Assembly: GCA_031391655.1 (NCBI GenBank)
Contig: JANMUO010000366.1
Span: 1-41,597 of the forward strand
Direction of reading: 5' to 3'
Length of the DNA stretch: 41,597 bases
Source of the DNA: Betaproteobacteria bacterium
GTDB taxonomy: Bacteria; Pseudomonadota; Gammaproteobacteria; Burkholderiales; SG8-39
Both the position numbers and the translations under genes were made by a program. The notes under the pieces were generated by a model. The model saw nothing but the letters and a program-made list of their open reading frames with translations, was not told where the DNA came from and searched no databases. Positions 7,584 to 16,736 of the stretch are shown here, in pieces. Position 1 is the stretch's first letter; each line of letters starts with the position of its first letter.

Positions 7584-9926
7584 TTGATGTGGCACCGTTT
7601 TTTGACTTTTCCGTTGGCCCTGATCGGGGGCCTGGTCGCTGCCGCCCTGTGCCTGATCGGGCTAGTGGTGGCGCTCGCCTATCCCAACCTGCCCACGCTC
7701 GATACGCTGACCGATTACCAGCCCAAAGTCCCGCTGCGGGTCTATACGGTCGAAGGGGTGTTGATCGGGGAGTTCGGCGAAGAGCGCCGGGTTCTGGTCG
7801 ACATCAAGGACGTGCCGCCGATGCTGACGAGCGCCATCATCGCGGCGGAGGACGAGCGCTTCTACCAGCATTCGGGCATCGATTATCACGGGGTGGCGCG
7901 CGCCGCCTACGCCAACCTGGTGACCGGCGGGCGCCGCCAGGGCGCAAGCACCATCACCATGCAGGTGGCGCGCAACTTCTTCCTGTCTTCGGAGAAGACC
8001 CTGACGCGCAAGCTCTACGAGGTGCTGCTGGCACTGAAGATCGAGCATAGCCTCAGCAAGGATCAGATCCTCGGCCTGTACATCAACCAGATCTACCTCG
8101 GCCAGCGCGCCTACGGCTTTGCAGCCGCAGCACAGATCTATTTCGGCAAGTCCCTGGAACAGCTGACGCTGGGCGAGGCCGCGATGCTGGCCGCGCTGCC
8201 TAAGGCGCCTTCGAGCTACAACCCCATCGCCAACCCGCAACGCGCCAAGCAACGCCAGCAATACGTGCTGCGCCGGATGAAAGAACTCGGCTACATCGAC
8301 GAGCAGGCGCACGAAACCGCGGCCAAGGCGCCCATCGCAGTTCGCAGGGTGGTGGACACCTTCGCCGTGCAGGCGGACTACGTCGCGGAGATGGTGCGCC
8401 AAGCGGTGTACGAGCAGTACCCCGATGAAGCCTACAGCCGCGGATTCCGCGTCTACACCACCATCCGCCAGGCCGACCAGCAGGCGGCTGTGGACGCGGT
8501 CCGCGCCGGGTTGCTGGAGTACGACCGGCGCCTGGGGTATCGCGGCCCGGAAGGATTCGTCGAGCTACCGGCGGATGCGGACGAAGACGACTTCGAGGAA
8601 GCGCTGGCCGAACGCGCGGACGACGAGGAACTGCGGCTCGCGCTGGTGCTTTCCGCAACGGCGCGGGAAGTGAAGGTCGTGCTGCGCAACGGCGAGCGCA
8701 TCACCATCGCGGGCGAAGGCCTGAAATTCGCGGCACGGTCGCTCGAACGCACTTCGCCGCAGCGCCGCATCCGGCGCGGCGCGATCCTGCGCGTCCAGCG
8801 CGTCGACGCCACGCACTGGCAGATCGCGCAGCTGCCCGAAGCCGAAGCGGCGTTCGTTTCGCTCGACCCCGTGGACGGCGCGGTGCGCGCGCTGGTCGGC
8901 GGGTTCGACTTCAATCGCAACAAGTACAACCACGTCACGCAGGCCTGGCGGCAATCAGGCTCGGCGATCAAGCCATTCATCTACTCCGCAGCGCTCGAGC
9001 GCGGCTTTACCGCGGCCACCGTAGTGCCCGATGACCCGATCGCCATCGAAGCCGACGTCACCGGCAGCCAGCGCTGGGAGCCCAAGAACTTCGACGGCAG
9101 GTTCGAAGGTCCGATGCGGCTGCGCACGGCGCTCGCGAAGTCCAAGAACATGGTATCGATCCGCATCCTGGATGCGATCGGGGTCAAGTACGCGCAGGAC
9201 TACATCTCGCGCTTCGGCTTCGACGCCGACCGGCACCCGCCGTACCTGACGATGGCGCTTGGCTCGGGTACGGTCACCGCCTGGCAGATGGCGCGCGCCT
9301 ACGCCGTATTCGCCAATGGCGGCTATCTGGTGCAGCCCTATTTCATACAGAGAATCGTGGACGATCGCGGCAACCCGCTCGGCGTGGCGCGGCCGCAGCG
9401 CGCCGGCGACGAAAGCCTGCGCGTGATCGACGCCCGCAATGCCTTCATCATGGACAGCCTGATGCAGGACGTGGCCCGCGTGGGCACCGCCGCGCGAACC
9501 GCCAGCCTCGGACGCAAGGACATTGCCGGGAAGACCGGCACCACCAATGAGTTCATCGACGCCTGGTTTGCGGGCTACAACCCGGCACTGGTCGGCGTAG
9601 CCTGGGTCGGGTTCGACCAGCCCAAGACCCTGGGGCGCAACCAGACCGGGGGGCTTGTGGCGCTGCCCATCTGGACCGGGTACATGGAAAGGGCGCTCAA
9701 AGGGACGCCGGACATGCAGCGCATCGTGCCAGAAGGTGTGGTCACTGCGGATACCTTCGAGATGAGCGCGGCGTCGCTCAACGAGGCGAAGCACATCCCG
9801 GAATACTTCTACCGGGAGTTCGTCCCCAAGGACGACTCGCCGCCCTTTACGCTGCTGCCGACGTTCGTGCCGCCGCCCGCGGCCGCGGCGACTGAAATCG
9901 GCAAGCCTTCGACGCCGAATTACTAG
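7584..9926 (+). CDS. mrcA: Penicillin-binding protein 1A (bifunctional glycosyltransferase/transpeptidase)
   Basis: 780 aa (the track start is TTG 7584; ATG at 7587 is more likely). GT51 motifs AIIAAEDERFYQHSGID and GASTITMQVARN are present. Transpeptidase motifs SAIK (SxxK), SKN and KTGTTN are present. It is divergent from pilM, as in Pseudomonas and Neisseria. Confidence 0.95.
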   Translation: MMWHRFLTFPLALIGGLVAAALCLIGLVVALAYPNLPTLDTLTDYQPKVPLRVYTVEGVLIGEFGEERRVLVDIKDVPPMLTSAIIAAEDERFYQHSGIDYHGVARAAYANLVTGGRRQGASTITMQVARNFFLSSEKTLTRKLYEVLLALKIEHSLSKDQILGLYINQIYLGQRAYGFAAAAQIYFGKSLEQLTLGEAAMLAALPKAPSSYNPIANPQRAKQRQQYVLRRMKELGYIDEQAHETAAKAPIAVRRVVDTFAVQADYVAEMVRQAVYEQYPDEAYSRGFRVYTTIRQADQQAAVDAVRAGLLEYDRRLGYRGPEGFVELPADADEDDFEEALAERADDEELRLALVLSATAREVKVVLRNGERITIAGEGLKFAARSLERTSPQRRIRRGAILRVQRVDATHWQIAQLPEAEAAFVSLDPVDGAVRALVGGFDFNRNKYNHVTQAWRQSGSAIKPFIYSAALERGFTAATVVPDDPIAIEADVTGSQRWEPKNFDGRFEGPMRLRTALAKSKNMVSIRILDAIGVKYAQDYISRFGFDADRHPPYLTMALGSGTVTAWQMARAYAVFANGGYLVQPYFIQRIVDDRGNPLGVARPQRAGDESLRVIDARNAFIMDSLMQDVARVGTAARTASLGRKDIAGKTGTTNEFIDAWFAGYNPALVGVAWVGFDQPKTLGRNQTGGLVALPIWTGYMERALKGTPDMQRIVPEGVVTADTFEMSAASLNEAKHIPEYFYREFVPKDDSPPFTLLPTFVPPPAAAATEIGKPSTPNY

Positions 9927-10256
9927 TCAGCGGGGAGTCAATACCACCGGCGTGCCGCCTTGCGCCGACACCAGCCGCGACAGCGCGTCGAAGAGCTCGG
10001 CACCGTCGCGGGTATCGCACCAGGCCTTGCCGTCATGGCGGAAATGAAATCCGCCGGACCTGGCGGCGACCCAGATTTCGCGCGCGGCGCCATGGCGATT
10101 CACGATCATCTTGCTACCGTCCTGGAATTCAATCTCCAGGACCCCGGCGCCCTTGGATTGCAGGTCCACATCGAGCCCGGACGCTTCGATCGCGCGTTCC
10201 ACGGCCGCCAGCGCGCCCCCGGCCAGTGCCTCGAACTCGGTGTCCGTCATGTCCAT
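9927..10256 (-). CDS. cyaY: Frataxin-like iron-binding protein CyaY
   Basis: This is the last 109 codons of shadow ORF 9927..11429: MDMTDTEFEALAGGALAAVERAIE...VLEIEFQDGSKMIVNRHGAAREIWVAARSGGFHFRHDG. It has the conserved position divergent from lptM-lysA. SD-like AGGGAAA precedes the ATG. Confidence 0.85.
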   Translation of the reverse strand: MDMTDTEFEALAGGALAAVERAIEASGLDVDLQSKGAGVLEIEFQDGSKMIVNRHGAAREIWVAARSGGFHFRHDGKAWCDTRDGAELFDALSRLVSAQGGTPVVLTPR

Positions 10257-10292
10257 TTTCCCTGCTACTATCAGTATTTTAGCGAGCCTTGG

Positions 10293-10466
10293 ATGCGTGC
10301 CGCCGCAATTTTCCTCGCCGCGCTGATCCTGGCTGCCGGCTGCGGCCAGAAGGGTCCGCTGTACCTGCGCGACAATCCCCCGCCAGGCTTCAAGCCGCCC
10401 AAACCCGAAGCCTACAAGCCGGCACCCTATCCGGCTGAGGCCGACGGGTCGAACGAGAAGAAGTAG
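10293..10466 (+). CDS. lptM: Small lipoprotein LptM/YifL/LppL family
   Basis: 57 aa, hidden in the 3' end of track ORF 9960..10466: MRAAAIFLAALILAAGCGQKGPLYLRDNPPPGF... It has a lipobox followed by the family-typical GCGxKGPLYLP-like motif and a Pro-rich tail. It lies between cyaY and lysA, as in E. coli and Pseudomonas. Confidence 0.7.
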   Translation: MRAAAIFLAALILAAGCGQKGPLYLRDNPPPGFKPPKPEAYKPAPYPAEADGSNEKK

Positions 10467-10472
10467 CCCGCC

Positions 10473-11723
10473 ATGGCGTTCGAGTACCGCAGCGGCGCGC
10501 TGTGCGCCGAACAGGTTCCGCTCGAGGACATCGCGCGGCGCTTCGGCACGCCCTGCTTCGTCTACTCGCGCTCGGCGATCGAGGCCCGCTACAGCGAGTT
10601 CGCCGGCGCACTGGCCGGCCGCGCTGCGCTGATCGCCTACTCGGTCAAGGCCAACTCCAACCTCGCTGTGCTCGCCCTGCTGGCGAGGCTCGGCGCCGGC
10701 TTCGACATCGTCTCCGGCGGCGAGCTCGCACGCGTGCTTGCCGCGGGTGGCGATGCGCGCAAGACGCTGTTCTCGGGCGTGGGCAAGACCGAGGACGAGA
10801 TCGCGCGCGCACTCGAAGCGGGCGTGCTGTGCCTGAACCTCGAGTCCGAGGCGGAGCTGCAGCGCGTATCCGCGATTGCCGCGCGCCTGGGCAAGCGCGC
10901 GCCGATCGCGTTTCGCGTCAACCCCGATGTGGATGCGAATACGCACCCGTACATTTCCACCGGCCTCAAGCAGAGCAAGTTCGGCGTCGCCTACGCGGAC
11001 GCCGAGCGCCTGTACCGCGAGGCGGCGCGCCTCCCGCAGGTGGAAGTGCTCGGCATCGGCTGCCACATCGGCTCGCTGATGGCGGGGGCCGGGCCGTTCA
11101 TCGACGCCGCCGCGCGCATTCTGGCGCTGACGCAGCGCCTGGAATCCGCCGGCATCCGCCTCGCCCACATCGACCTGGGCGGCGGCTACGGCATCCGCTA
11201 CCGCGACGAAACGCCGGCGCCGATCAGCGAATTCCTCGACGGCGCGCTCGGCGTGCTCGCAGGGCGGCGCGAAACGCTGATCGTCGATCCGGGCCGCGCG
11301 ATCGTGGGCAACGCGGGCTTGCTGCTCACGCGCGTGGAGTACCTGAAAACCGGCAGCGGGAAGAACTTCGTCGTGGTGGACGCCGCCATGAACGACCTGA
11401 TCCGCCCCGCACTGTACGGTGCCTGGCACGAGGTGCTTGCGGTTCGCCAGTCGGAAGATGCGGCGGCGCGGACCGTCTACGACATCGTGGGCCCGGTGTG
11501 CGAAAGCGCGGACTTCCTCGCCAAGGACCGCATGCTTGCAGTACAGGCCGGCGATCTGCTCGCCGTCATGTCGGCGGGAGCCTATGCTATGGCCATGAGT
11601 TCCAACTACAACTCGCGGCCGCGGGCGGCGGAAGTGATGGTGTCGGGCGCCGAGGCCCGCCAGGTGCGGCGGCGCGAGCGGCCGGAGGAACTTTATGCCG
11701 CGGAACTGGTTCCCACGTGGTGA
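10473..11723 (+). CDS. lysA: Diaminopimelate decarboxylase
   Basis: 416 aa, PLP-dependent decarboxylase motifs ([36 protein letters not shown]). Confidence 0.95.
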   Translation: MAFEYRSGALCAEQVPLEDIARRFGTPCFVYSRSAIEARYSEFAGALAGRAALIAYSVKANSNLAVLALLARLGAGFDIVSGGELARVLAAGGDARKTLFSGVGKTEDEIARALEAGVLCLNLESEAELQRVSAIAARLGKRAPIAFRVNPDVDANTHPYISTGLKQSKFGVAYADAERLYREAARLPQVEVLGIGCHIGSLMAGAGPFIDAAARILALTQRLESAGIRLAHIDLGGGYGIRYRDETPAPISEFLDGALGVLAGRRETLIVDPGRAIVGNAGLLLTRVEYLKTGSGKNFVVVDAAMNDLIRPALYGAWHEVLAVRQSEDAAARTVYDIVGPVCESADFLAKDRMLAVQAGDLLAVMSAGAYAMAMSSNYNSRPRAAEVMVSGAEARQVRRRERPEELYAAELVPTW

Positions 11724-12844
11724 CTTTCAGTCCAATCCTGCCGGTCCTGTGCGCCGCCGCCTTGCTGGCCCTGCCGGGCTGCGGCCGTGACGCCGAATCC
11801 GCGCGCAAGGCCGCCGGCCCGCCCGCCGTCCTGATCACCACCACCCAGGTCGAGCCGCGCTCCCTCGAGGTCTACGAGGAAGTGGTCGGCACCCTCGAGA
11901 ACGTGATCGACCCGACCATCGGCGCGGAGGTGGCCGGGCGCGTCACTCGCGTCCTCGGCTTCACCGGGAAGAAGGTGAAGCAGGGCGACGCGCTGGCCGA
12001 GATCGATGCCGTCGACTTCGAGATCCAGGGCCGCGCCGACGCCGCGGAGATCGCACGCCTGCAGACCCTGCTGGCGCAGCAGGAGCGCGTCGTGCAGCGC
12101 CAGCAGGCGCTGGTCAAGCAGGGCTTCATTGCGCAGAACGCCGCGGACGACGCCGTCGCGCAGCGCAATGCGCTGCGCGAGCAGCTGGCAGCGGGGCGCG
12201 CGCGCGCCGAGTCCTCTCGGCGCGGCATGGTCAAGTCCCGGGTCGTTGCGCCGGTCGATGGCGAAATTGAGACGCAGATCGTGGCCGTCGGCGACTACGT
12301 GAAGCTCGGCGATCCGCTGTTCCGGCTTGTCGGCGTGCAGCGGATGCGCGCGCGCCTGCCCCTGCCGGAAACCGCGGCCGCCCGCCTCCGGCCCGGGCTC
12401 AAGGTGCGGCTCGTGTCGCCAGCCGCGCTGCAGCACCCGATCGAGGCCAAGATCGACGAAATCCGCCCCACCGTGGGTGTCGCCAATCGCGCGCTCGACG
12501 CGATCGTCAATTTCCAGAACGAGGGCGCCGGGCTGCGCGGCGGCGGCAGCGTCAATGCGCGCATCGTCGTTGCAACGCGTGCGGGCGCCCTCATGGTGCC
12601 GGAGGAAAGCGTGGTGCTGCGCCCGGCGGGAAAAGTCGTGTATGTGGTGAGCGCAGGCCGCGCCGAGCAGCGCATGGTCGAAACCGGCCTGAAGCAGGAT
12701 GGGCTCTATGAGGTCCTGAAGGGCATCTCCCCCGGGGACGTCGTCGCGGTGGATGGCGCGGGCTTTCTCACCCAGGGCGCCGCGGTGACGCTGGCCAAGC
12801 CGAAGCCGCCCGCGTCCGGCGACGCGGCGCGCAAGAAAGGCTGA
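11717..12844 (+). CDS. Efflux RND transporter periplasmic adaptor (MFP) subunit, lipoprotein
   Basis: This is the 3' part of composite track ORF 10502..12844. The only plausible starts are GTG 11717 or 11720, which overlap the lysA stop (ACGTGGTGA). It has lipobox LLALPGCG, a coiled-coil hairpin region (EIARLQTLLAQQERVVQRQQALVKQGFIAQ) and barrel domains typical of HlyD/AcrA-like adaptors. Confidence 0.9.
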   Translation: MVTFSPILPVLCAAALLALPGCGRDAESARKAAGPPAVLITTTQVEPRSLEVYEEVVGTLENVIDPTIGAEVAGRVTRVLGFTGKKVKQGDALAEIDAVDFEIQGRADAAEIARLQTLLAQQERVVQRQQALVKQGFIAQNAADDAVAQRNALREQLAAGRARAESSRRGMVKSRVVAPVDGEIETQIVAVGDYVKLGDPLFRLVGVQRMRARLPLPETAAARLRPGLKVRLVSPAALQHPIEAKIDEIRPTVGVANRALDAIVNFQNEGAGLRGGGSVNARIVVATRAGALMVPEESVVLRPAGKVVYVVSAGRAEQRMVETGLKQDGLYEVLKGISPGDVVAVDGAGFLTQGAAVTLAKPKPPASGDAARKKG

Positions 12845-12846
12845 GC

Positions 12847-15800
12847 ATGAACCTGCCCGAACTCTCGATCCGGCGCCATGTGTTCGCGTTCATGCTGAAC
12901 GCGGTGCTGATCCTGTTCGGGCTGATCGCCTATACGCGCATGGGCGTGGACAAGCTGCCTTACATCGAATACCCGGTGGTGTCGGTCACCACCACGCAGC
13001 GCGGCGCGAACCCGGACGTGGTCGATGCCTCGATCACCAACGTGATCGAGACCGCGGTGAACAGCGTGCCCGGCATCGAGCACATCCAGTCGACGTCCTC
13101 GCCGGGCACCTCGTCGGTCGCCATCACCTTCGACCTCGGCAAGTCGATCGACATCGCGTTCCAGGAGGTGCAGGCCAAGGTCAGCCAGATCGGCAGGCGC
13201 CTGCCCAACGACGCCGACCCGCCGATCGTGGCAAAAGTCGAGACCAACAGCTCGCCGATCTTCTGGATGGCGCTGCAGGGCGACCGCACGCAACAGCAGC
13301 TCAACCAGTACGCGCTCAACGTCATCAAGAAGCGGCTCGAGACCATCGACGGCGTGGGCGAAGTGCGCCTGGGCGGGCGGCGCGACCGCACCATCCGCGT
13401 CGAGCTGCTGCCCTCGCGCATGGCCGCCTTCGGCGTCGCCGCGCAGGACATCACCGAGGCGTTCGGCAAGGAGCACATCCAGTTCTCCGGCGGCTTTCTC
13501 ACCGGGCGCACCACCGAGCACTTGGTGAAGCTCGACCTCGAGTTCCACAAACTCGACGAACTGGGGGCGATGATCGTCGGCTACCGCGAAGGAGCGCCGG
13601 TGCGCCTGCGCGATGTCGCCGAGATCGAGGACGGGCTGGCGGACTTCCGCCAGCTGGCGCGCTTCAACGGCGAACCCACCGTCGGCGTCGGCATCGTCAA
13701 GGTGCCGAATACGAACACGGTGACCATCATCGAGACGGTGCTCGATCGGCTGGAGAACGAGATCCGGCCCCAGCTGCCCCCCGGGCTGCGCCTGAGCATC
13801 GTACAGAACGACGCCCTGTTCATCGACGAGATGGTGCAGTCGCTCAAGAGCCACCTCGTCGAAGGCACGCTGCTCGCCGCGCTGGTGGTGTGGCTGTTCC
13901 TGAAGAGCCTGCGCTCCACCATCATCATCGCCACGTCGATCCCGGTGTCCCTGATGGGCGCGATCGCGGTGATGTATTTCTTCGGCTACACCTTCAATTC
14001 GGTGACGCTGCTGGCGCTGCTCCTGCTCATCGGCGTGGTGGTGGACGACGCTATCGTCGTGCTCGAGAACATCTACCGGCATCGCGAGCACCTCGAGTCC
14101 GACCGCATGAAAGCCGCGGTGAGCGGCAGCCGCGAGGTGACCTTCGCGGTGATGGCGGCAAGCTTCGCGCTGGTCGCGATCTTCGCGCCGGTGGTGTTCG
14201 TCTCCGGCATCCTCGGGCAGTTCCTGCGCTCCTTCGCCGTGGTGGTCACCTTCGGCGTGCTGGTGTCCCTGTTCGTCTCGCTCACGCTGACGCCGATGCT
14301 GTGCTCGCGCTTCCTCGAAGTCGCCGAGAACCACGGCCCCGTCTACAGGGCGCTGGAGCGGTTCTTCCTCGGCATGGAGAACCTGTACCGGCGCAGCCTC
14401 GCCTGGTCCATCGCGCACCGCTGGACGGTCATGGTCGGCGCTTTGCTGGTCACGCTTTCCTCGGCGTACTTCTTCCGCGCACTACCGGTGGAACTGGCGC
14501 CGCAGCAGGACGAAGGCAAGTTCTTCGTCAACATCCGCACCCCGCTCGGCTCCTCCATCCAGTACACCGAGGGCCGGCTGCGCGAAGTGGAGGCCATCGT
14601 CGGCCGCTACCCCGAGGTGATCACCGAGTTCGGCATCATCGGGCTGGGCTCGGCGGGGCAGGTGAACCAGGCGCTGGTGGTGGCGCGCATGAAGCCCCTG
14701 TCCGAGCGCAAGCGCTCGCAGCAGGAGGTGCTGGCGCAGATGCGGCGCGAGCTGACACAGGTCGCCGGCGCCCGCGCGTTCCCGCGCGCGCCGGGCCTGG
14801 TGCCCCGCCAGCGCTCCGAGCCGCTGCAGTTCGTCGTGCGTGGCCCCAGCATGCAGGAGATGGGCCGCGTGGCGGCGCAGTTGCAGGCCGAGCTGCAGGT
14901 CGATCCCCGCATCGGGCGCATGGACACCGACCTGCAGCTCGACCTGCCGCAGCTGGTGCTGGAGCCCGACCGGGTGCGCGCGGCGGGCCTGGGACTGACC
15001 TCCTCGGACATCGCGCTGGCGGTGAACATGCTGACCGGCGGCATCGACATCGCCAAGTTCAACGATTTCCCCGGCGACGGGGAGCGCTACGACATCCGCG
15101 TCAAGGCGAAGGAAGGCGAGTTCCGCCAGCAGGCCGACCTGTCGAAGATCTACCTGCGCAACCGCACCGGCCAGCTCATCCGGCTGGACAGCGTGGCGCG
15201 CTTCCGCGAAACGCTCGGCCCCGCGGTCATCGGCCGCTTCGACCTGCAGTACGCGGCCACCTACTTCGCCACCCCTACCGTCGACCTCGGCGCCGCCATC
15301 GGCATCGTGCGCGAAGCCGCGCGCGCGCTGCCGGTCGGCTATTCGGTGAGTTTCGTCGGCGAGGCCGAGCAGCTGGAGAAGACCAGCGGCGCGACGGTGT
15401 TCACGTTCCTGCTCGCGCTGGTCCTGCTCTACATGGTGCTGGCGAGCCAGTTCAACTCCTTCCTGCAGCCGCTGCTCATCATGATCGCGGTGCCGCTGGC
15501 GGTGATCGGCGGCGTGGTGTCGCTGTGGCTGTTCGGGCATTCGCTCAACATCTATTCGATGATCGGCCTGGTCCTGCTGATCGGGCTGGTGGCGAAGAAC
15601 TCCATCCTGCTGGTGGACCTTGCCAACCAGCGTCGCGTCCAGGGCATGGGCGTGGACGAGGCGCTCGCCGACGCTTGCCCGATCCGCATGCGGCCGGTGC
15701 TGATGACCTCCCTCACCCTGATCCTCGCCCTGCTGCCGGCGTCCTTCGGCATCGGCGCCGGCGCCGAAACCAACGCTCCCCTGGCGATCGCCGTGATCGG

Positions 15801-15933
15801 CGGCATGATCACTTCCACGCTGCTTACGCTGGTGGTGGTGCCTGCCGCCTACTCGCTGGTGGAAAACTGGCGCGAGCAGCGCCGCGCGCTGCGGCATGCG
15901 CGTACCCCGCAACAACAGCAAGGACCTGCATGA
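12847..15933 (+). CDS. RND (AcrB/HAE-type) efflux permease
   Basis: 1028 aa. The N-terminus MNLPELSIRRHVFAFMLNAVLILFGLIAY is typical, as is the 12-TM, two-large-periplasmic-loop layout. It starts 3 nt after the adaptor gene. No outer-membrane factor gene is in the window. Confidence 0.95.
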   Translation: MNLPELSIRRHVFAFMLNAVLILFGLIAYTRMGVDKLPYIEYPVVSVTTTQRGANPDVVDASITNVIETAVNSVPGIEHIQSTSSPGTSSVAITFDLGKSIDIAFQEVQAKVSQIGRRLPNDADPPIVAKVETNSSPIFWMALQGDRTQQQLNQYALNVIKKRLETIDGVGEVRLGGRRDRTIRVELLPSRMAAFGVAAQDITEAFGKEHIQFSGGFLTGRTTEHLVKLDLEFHKLDELGAMIVGYREGAPVRLRDVAEIEDGLADFRQLARFNGEPTVGVGIVKVPNTNTVTIIETVLDRLENEIRPQLPPGLRLSIVQNDALFIDEMVQSLKSHLVEGTLLAALVVWLFLKSLRSTIIIATSIPVSLMGAIAVMYFFGYTFNSVTLLALLLLIGVVVDDAIVVLENIYRHREHLESDRMKAAVSGSREVTFAVMAASFALVAIFAPVVFVSGILGQFLRSFAVVVTFGVLVSLFVSLTLTPMLCSRFLEVAENHGPVYRALERFFLGMENLYRRSLAWSIAHRWTVMVGALLVTLSSAYFFRALPVELAPQQDEGKFFVNIRTPLGSSIQYTEGRLREVEAIVGRYPEVITEFGIIGLGSAGQVNQALVVARMKPLSERKRSQQEVLAQMRRELTQVAGARAFPRAPGLVPRQRSEPLQFVVRGPSMQEMGRVAAQLQAELQVDPRIGRMDTDLQLDLPQLVLEPDRVRAAGLGLTSSDIALAVNMLTGGIDIAKFNDFPGDGERYDIRVKAKEGEFRQQADLSKIYLRNRTGQLIRLDSVARFRETLGPAVIGRFDLQYAATYFATPTVDLGAAIGIVREAARALPVGYSVSFVGEAEQLEKTSGATVFTFLLALVLLYMVLASQFNSFLQPLLIMIAVPLAVIGGVVSLWLFGHSLNIYSMIGLVLLIGLVAKNSILLVDLANQRRVQGMGVDEALADACPIRMRPVLMTSLTLILALLPASFGIGAGAETNAPLAIAVIGGMITSTLLTLVVVPAAYSLVENWREQRRALRHARTPQQQQGPA

Positions 15934-16736
15934 ACGAAACGCGCAATCTCGCCGTGTTCTGTGACTTCGAAAACGTGGCCCTCGGCGTGCGCGACGCCAA
16001 GTACGAAAAGTTCGACATCGGCCGCGTGCTGGAGAAGCTGCTGCTCAAGGGCTCCATCGTGGTGAAGAAGGCCTACTGCGACTGGGACCGCTACAAGGAA
16101 TTCAAGACCACCATGCACGCGGCGGCGTTCGAGCTGATTGAGATCCCGCACCGCGGCCAGTCGGGCAAGAATTCGGCCGACATCCGCATGGTGGTGGACG
16201 CGCTCGACCTTTGCTACACCAAGGGGCACGTCGACACCTTCGTCATCGTCAGCGGCGACTCGGATTTCTCCCCGCTGGTGTCCAAGCTGCGCGAGAACGC
16301 CAAGGCCGTGATCGGCGTGGGGGTGAAGAACTCCTCCTCCGACCTGCTGATCGCCAACTGCGACGAATTCATCTACTACGACGACCTGGTGCGCGAGGAC
16401 GAAGCCAAGCGCCGCGCCGCCAAGAAGCGCCGTGAAGCGCGCCCGGCGGGCACGCCCAAGGATGCCGCGCCGACCGACGGCAAGGAACAGGAAGCCTTCG
16501 ACCTGGTGATCGAGACGCTGCAGGCGCTGATCGCCGAGCGCGGCGAGGGCGAGAAGATCTGGGGTTCGATGGTCAAGCAGGCCCTGAAGCGCAGGAAGCC
16601 CGGATTCAACGAGTCCTACTACGGCTTCAAGGCCTTCTCCGACCTGCTCGAGGACGCCGAGAAGAGAAAGCTCGTCACGCTCGAGCGCGACGACAAGTCC
16701 GGCGGCTACATCATCCGCCCCGCCACGGGGGCATGA
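15930..16736 (+). CDS. NYN (LabA/DUF88-type PIN-like nuclease) domain protein with C-terminal OST-HTH/LOTUS domain
   Basis: 268 aa. The ATG overlaps the RND pump stop (ATGA), and SD-like AAGGA lies 5 nt upstream. NYN acidic motifs are AVFCDFENV, NSADIRMVVDALD and IVSGDSDFSPLV. After a Lys/Arg/Ala-rich linker comes a C-terminal segment (KIWGSMVKQALKRRKPGFNESYYGFKAFSDLLED) that matches the OST-HTH pattern. Confidence 0.85.
   Translation: MNETRNLAVFCDFENVALGVRDAKYEKFDIGRVLEKLLLKGSIVVKKAYCDWDRYKEFKTTMHAAAFELIEIPHRGQSGKNSADIRMVVDALDLCYTKGHVDTFVIVSGDSDFSPLVSKLRENAKAVIGVGVKNSSSDLLIANCDEFIYYDDLVREDEAKRRAAKKRREARPAGTPKDAAPTDGKEQEAFDLVIETLQALIAERGEGEKIWGSMVKQALKRRKPGFNESYYGFKAFSDLLEDAEKRKLVTLERDDKSGGYIIRPATGA

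Noticed and set aside
7590-7605. Sigma-54-like TGGCAC-N5-TTTGA at the start of the PBP1A gene
   Set aside because: The GG-N10-GC spacing does not hold: TG stands where GC is required. It lies inside the coding sequence just after the start codon, and nothing downstream would need it.
9927-11429. 500-aa minus-strand ORF covering cyaY plus the antisense of lptM and lysA
   Set aside because: Only the last 109 codons (CyaY) are protein-like. The upstream part is antisense to lysA, which has strong PLP-decarboxylase motifs.
12706-15921. 570-aa (12706..14418) and 479-aa (14482..15921) minus-strand ORFs opposite the RND pump, and the 948-aa plus ORF 13890..16736
   Set aside because: The minus-strand ORFs are shadow ORFs with Arg/His/Asp/Gly-rich translations. 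The 948-aa ORF is an out-of-frame read through the pump that happens to run into the genuine NYN gene frame. Only its last 268 codons (from ATG 15930) look like a real protein.
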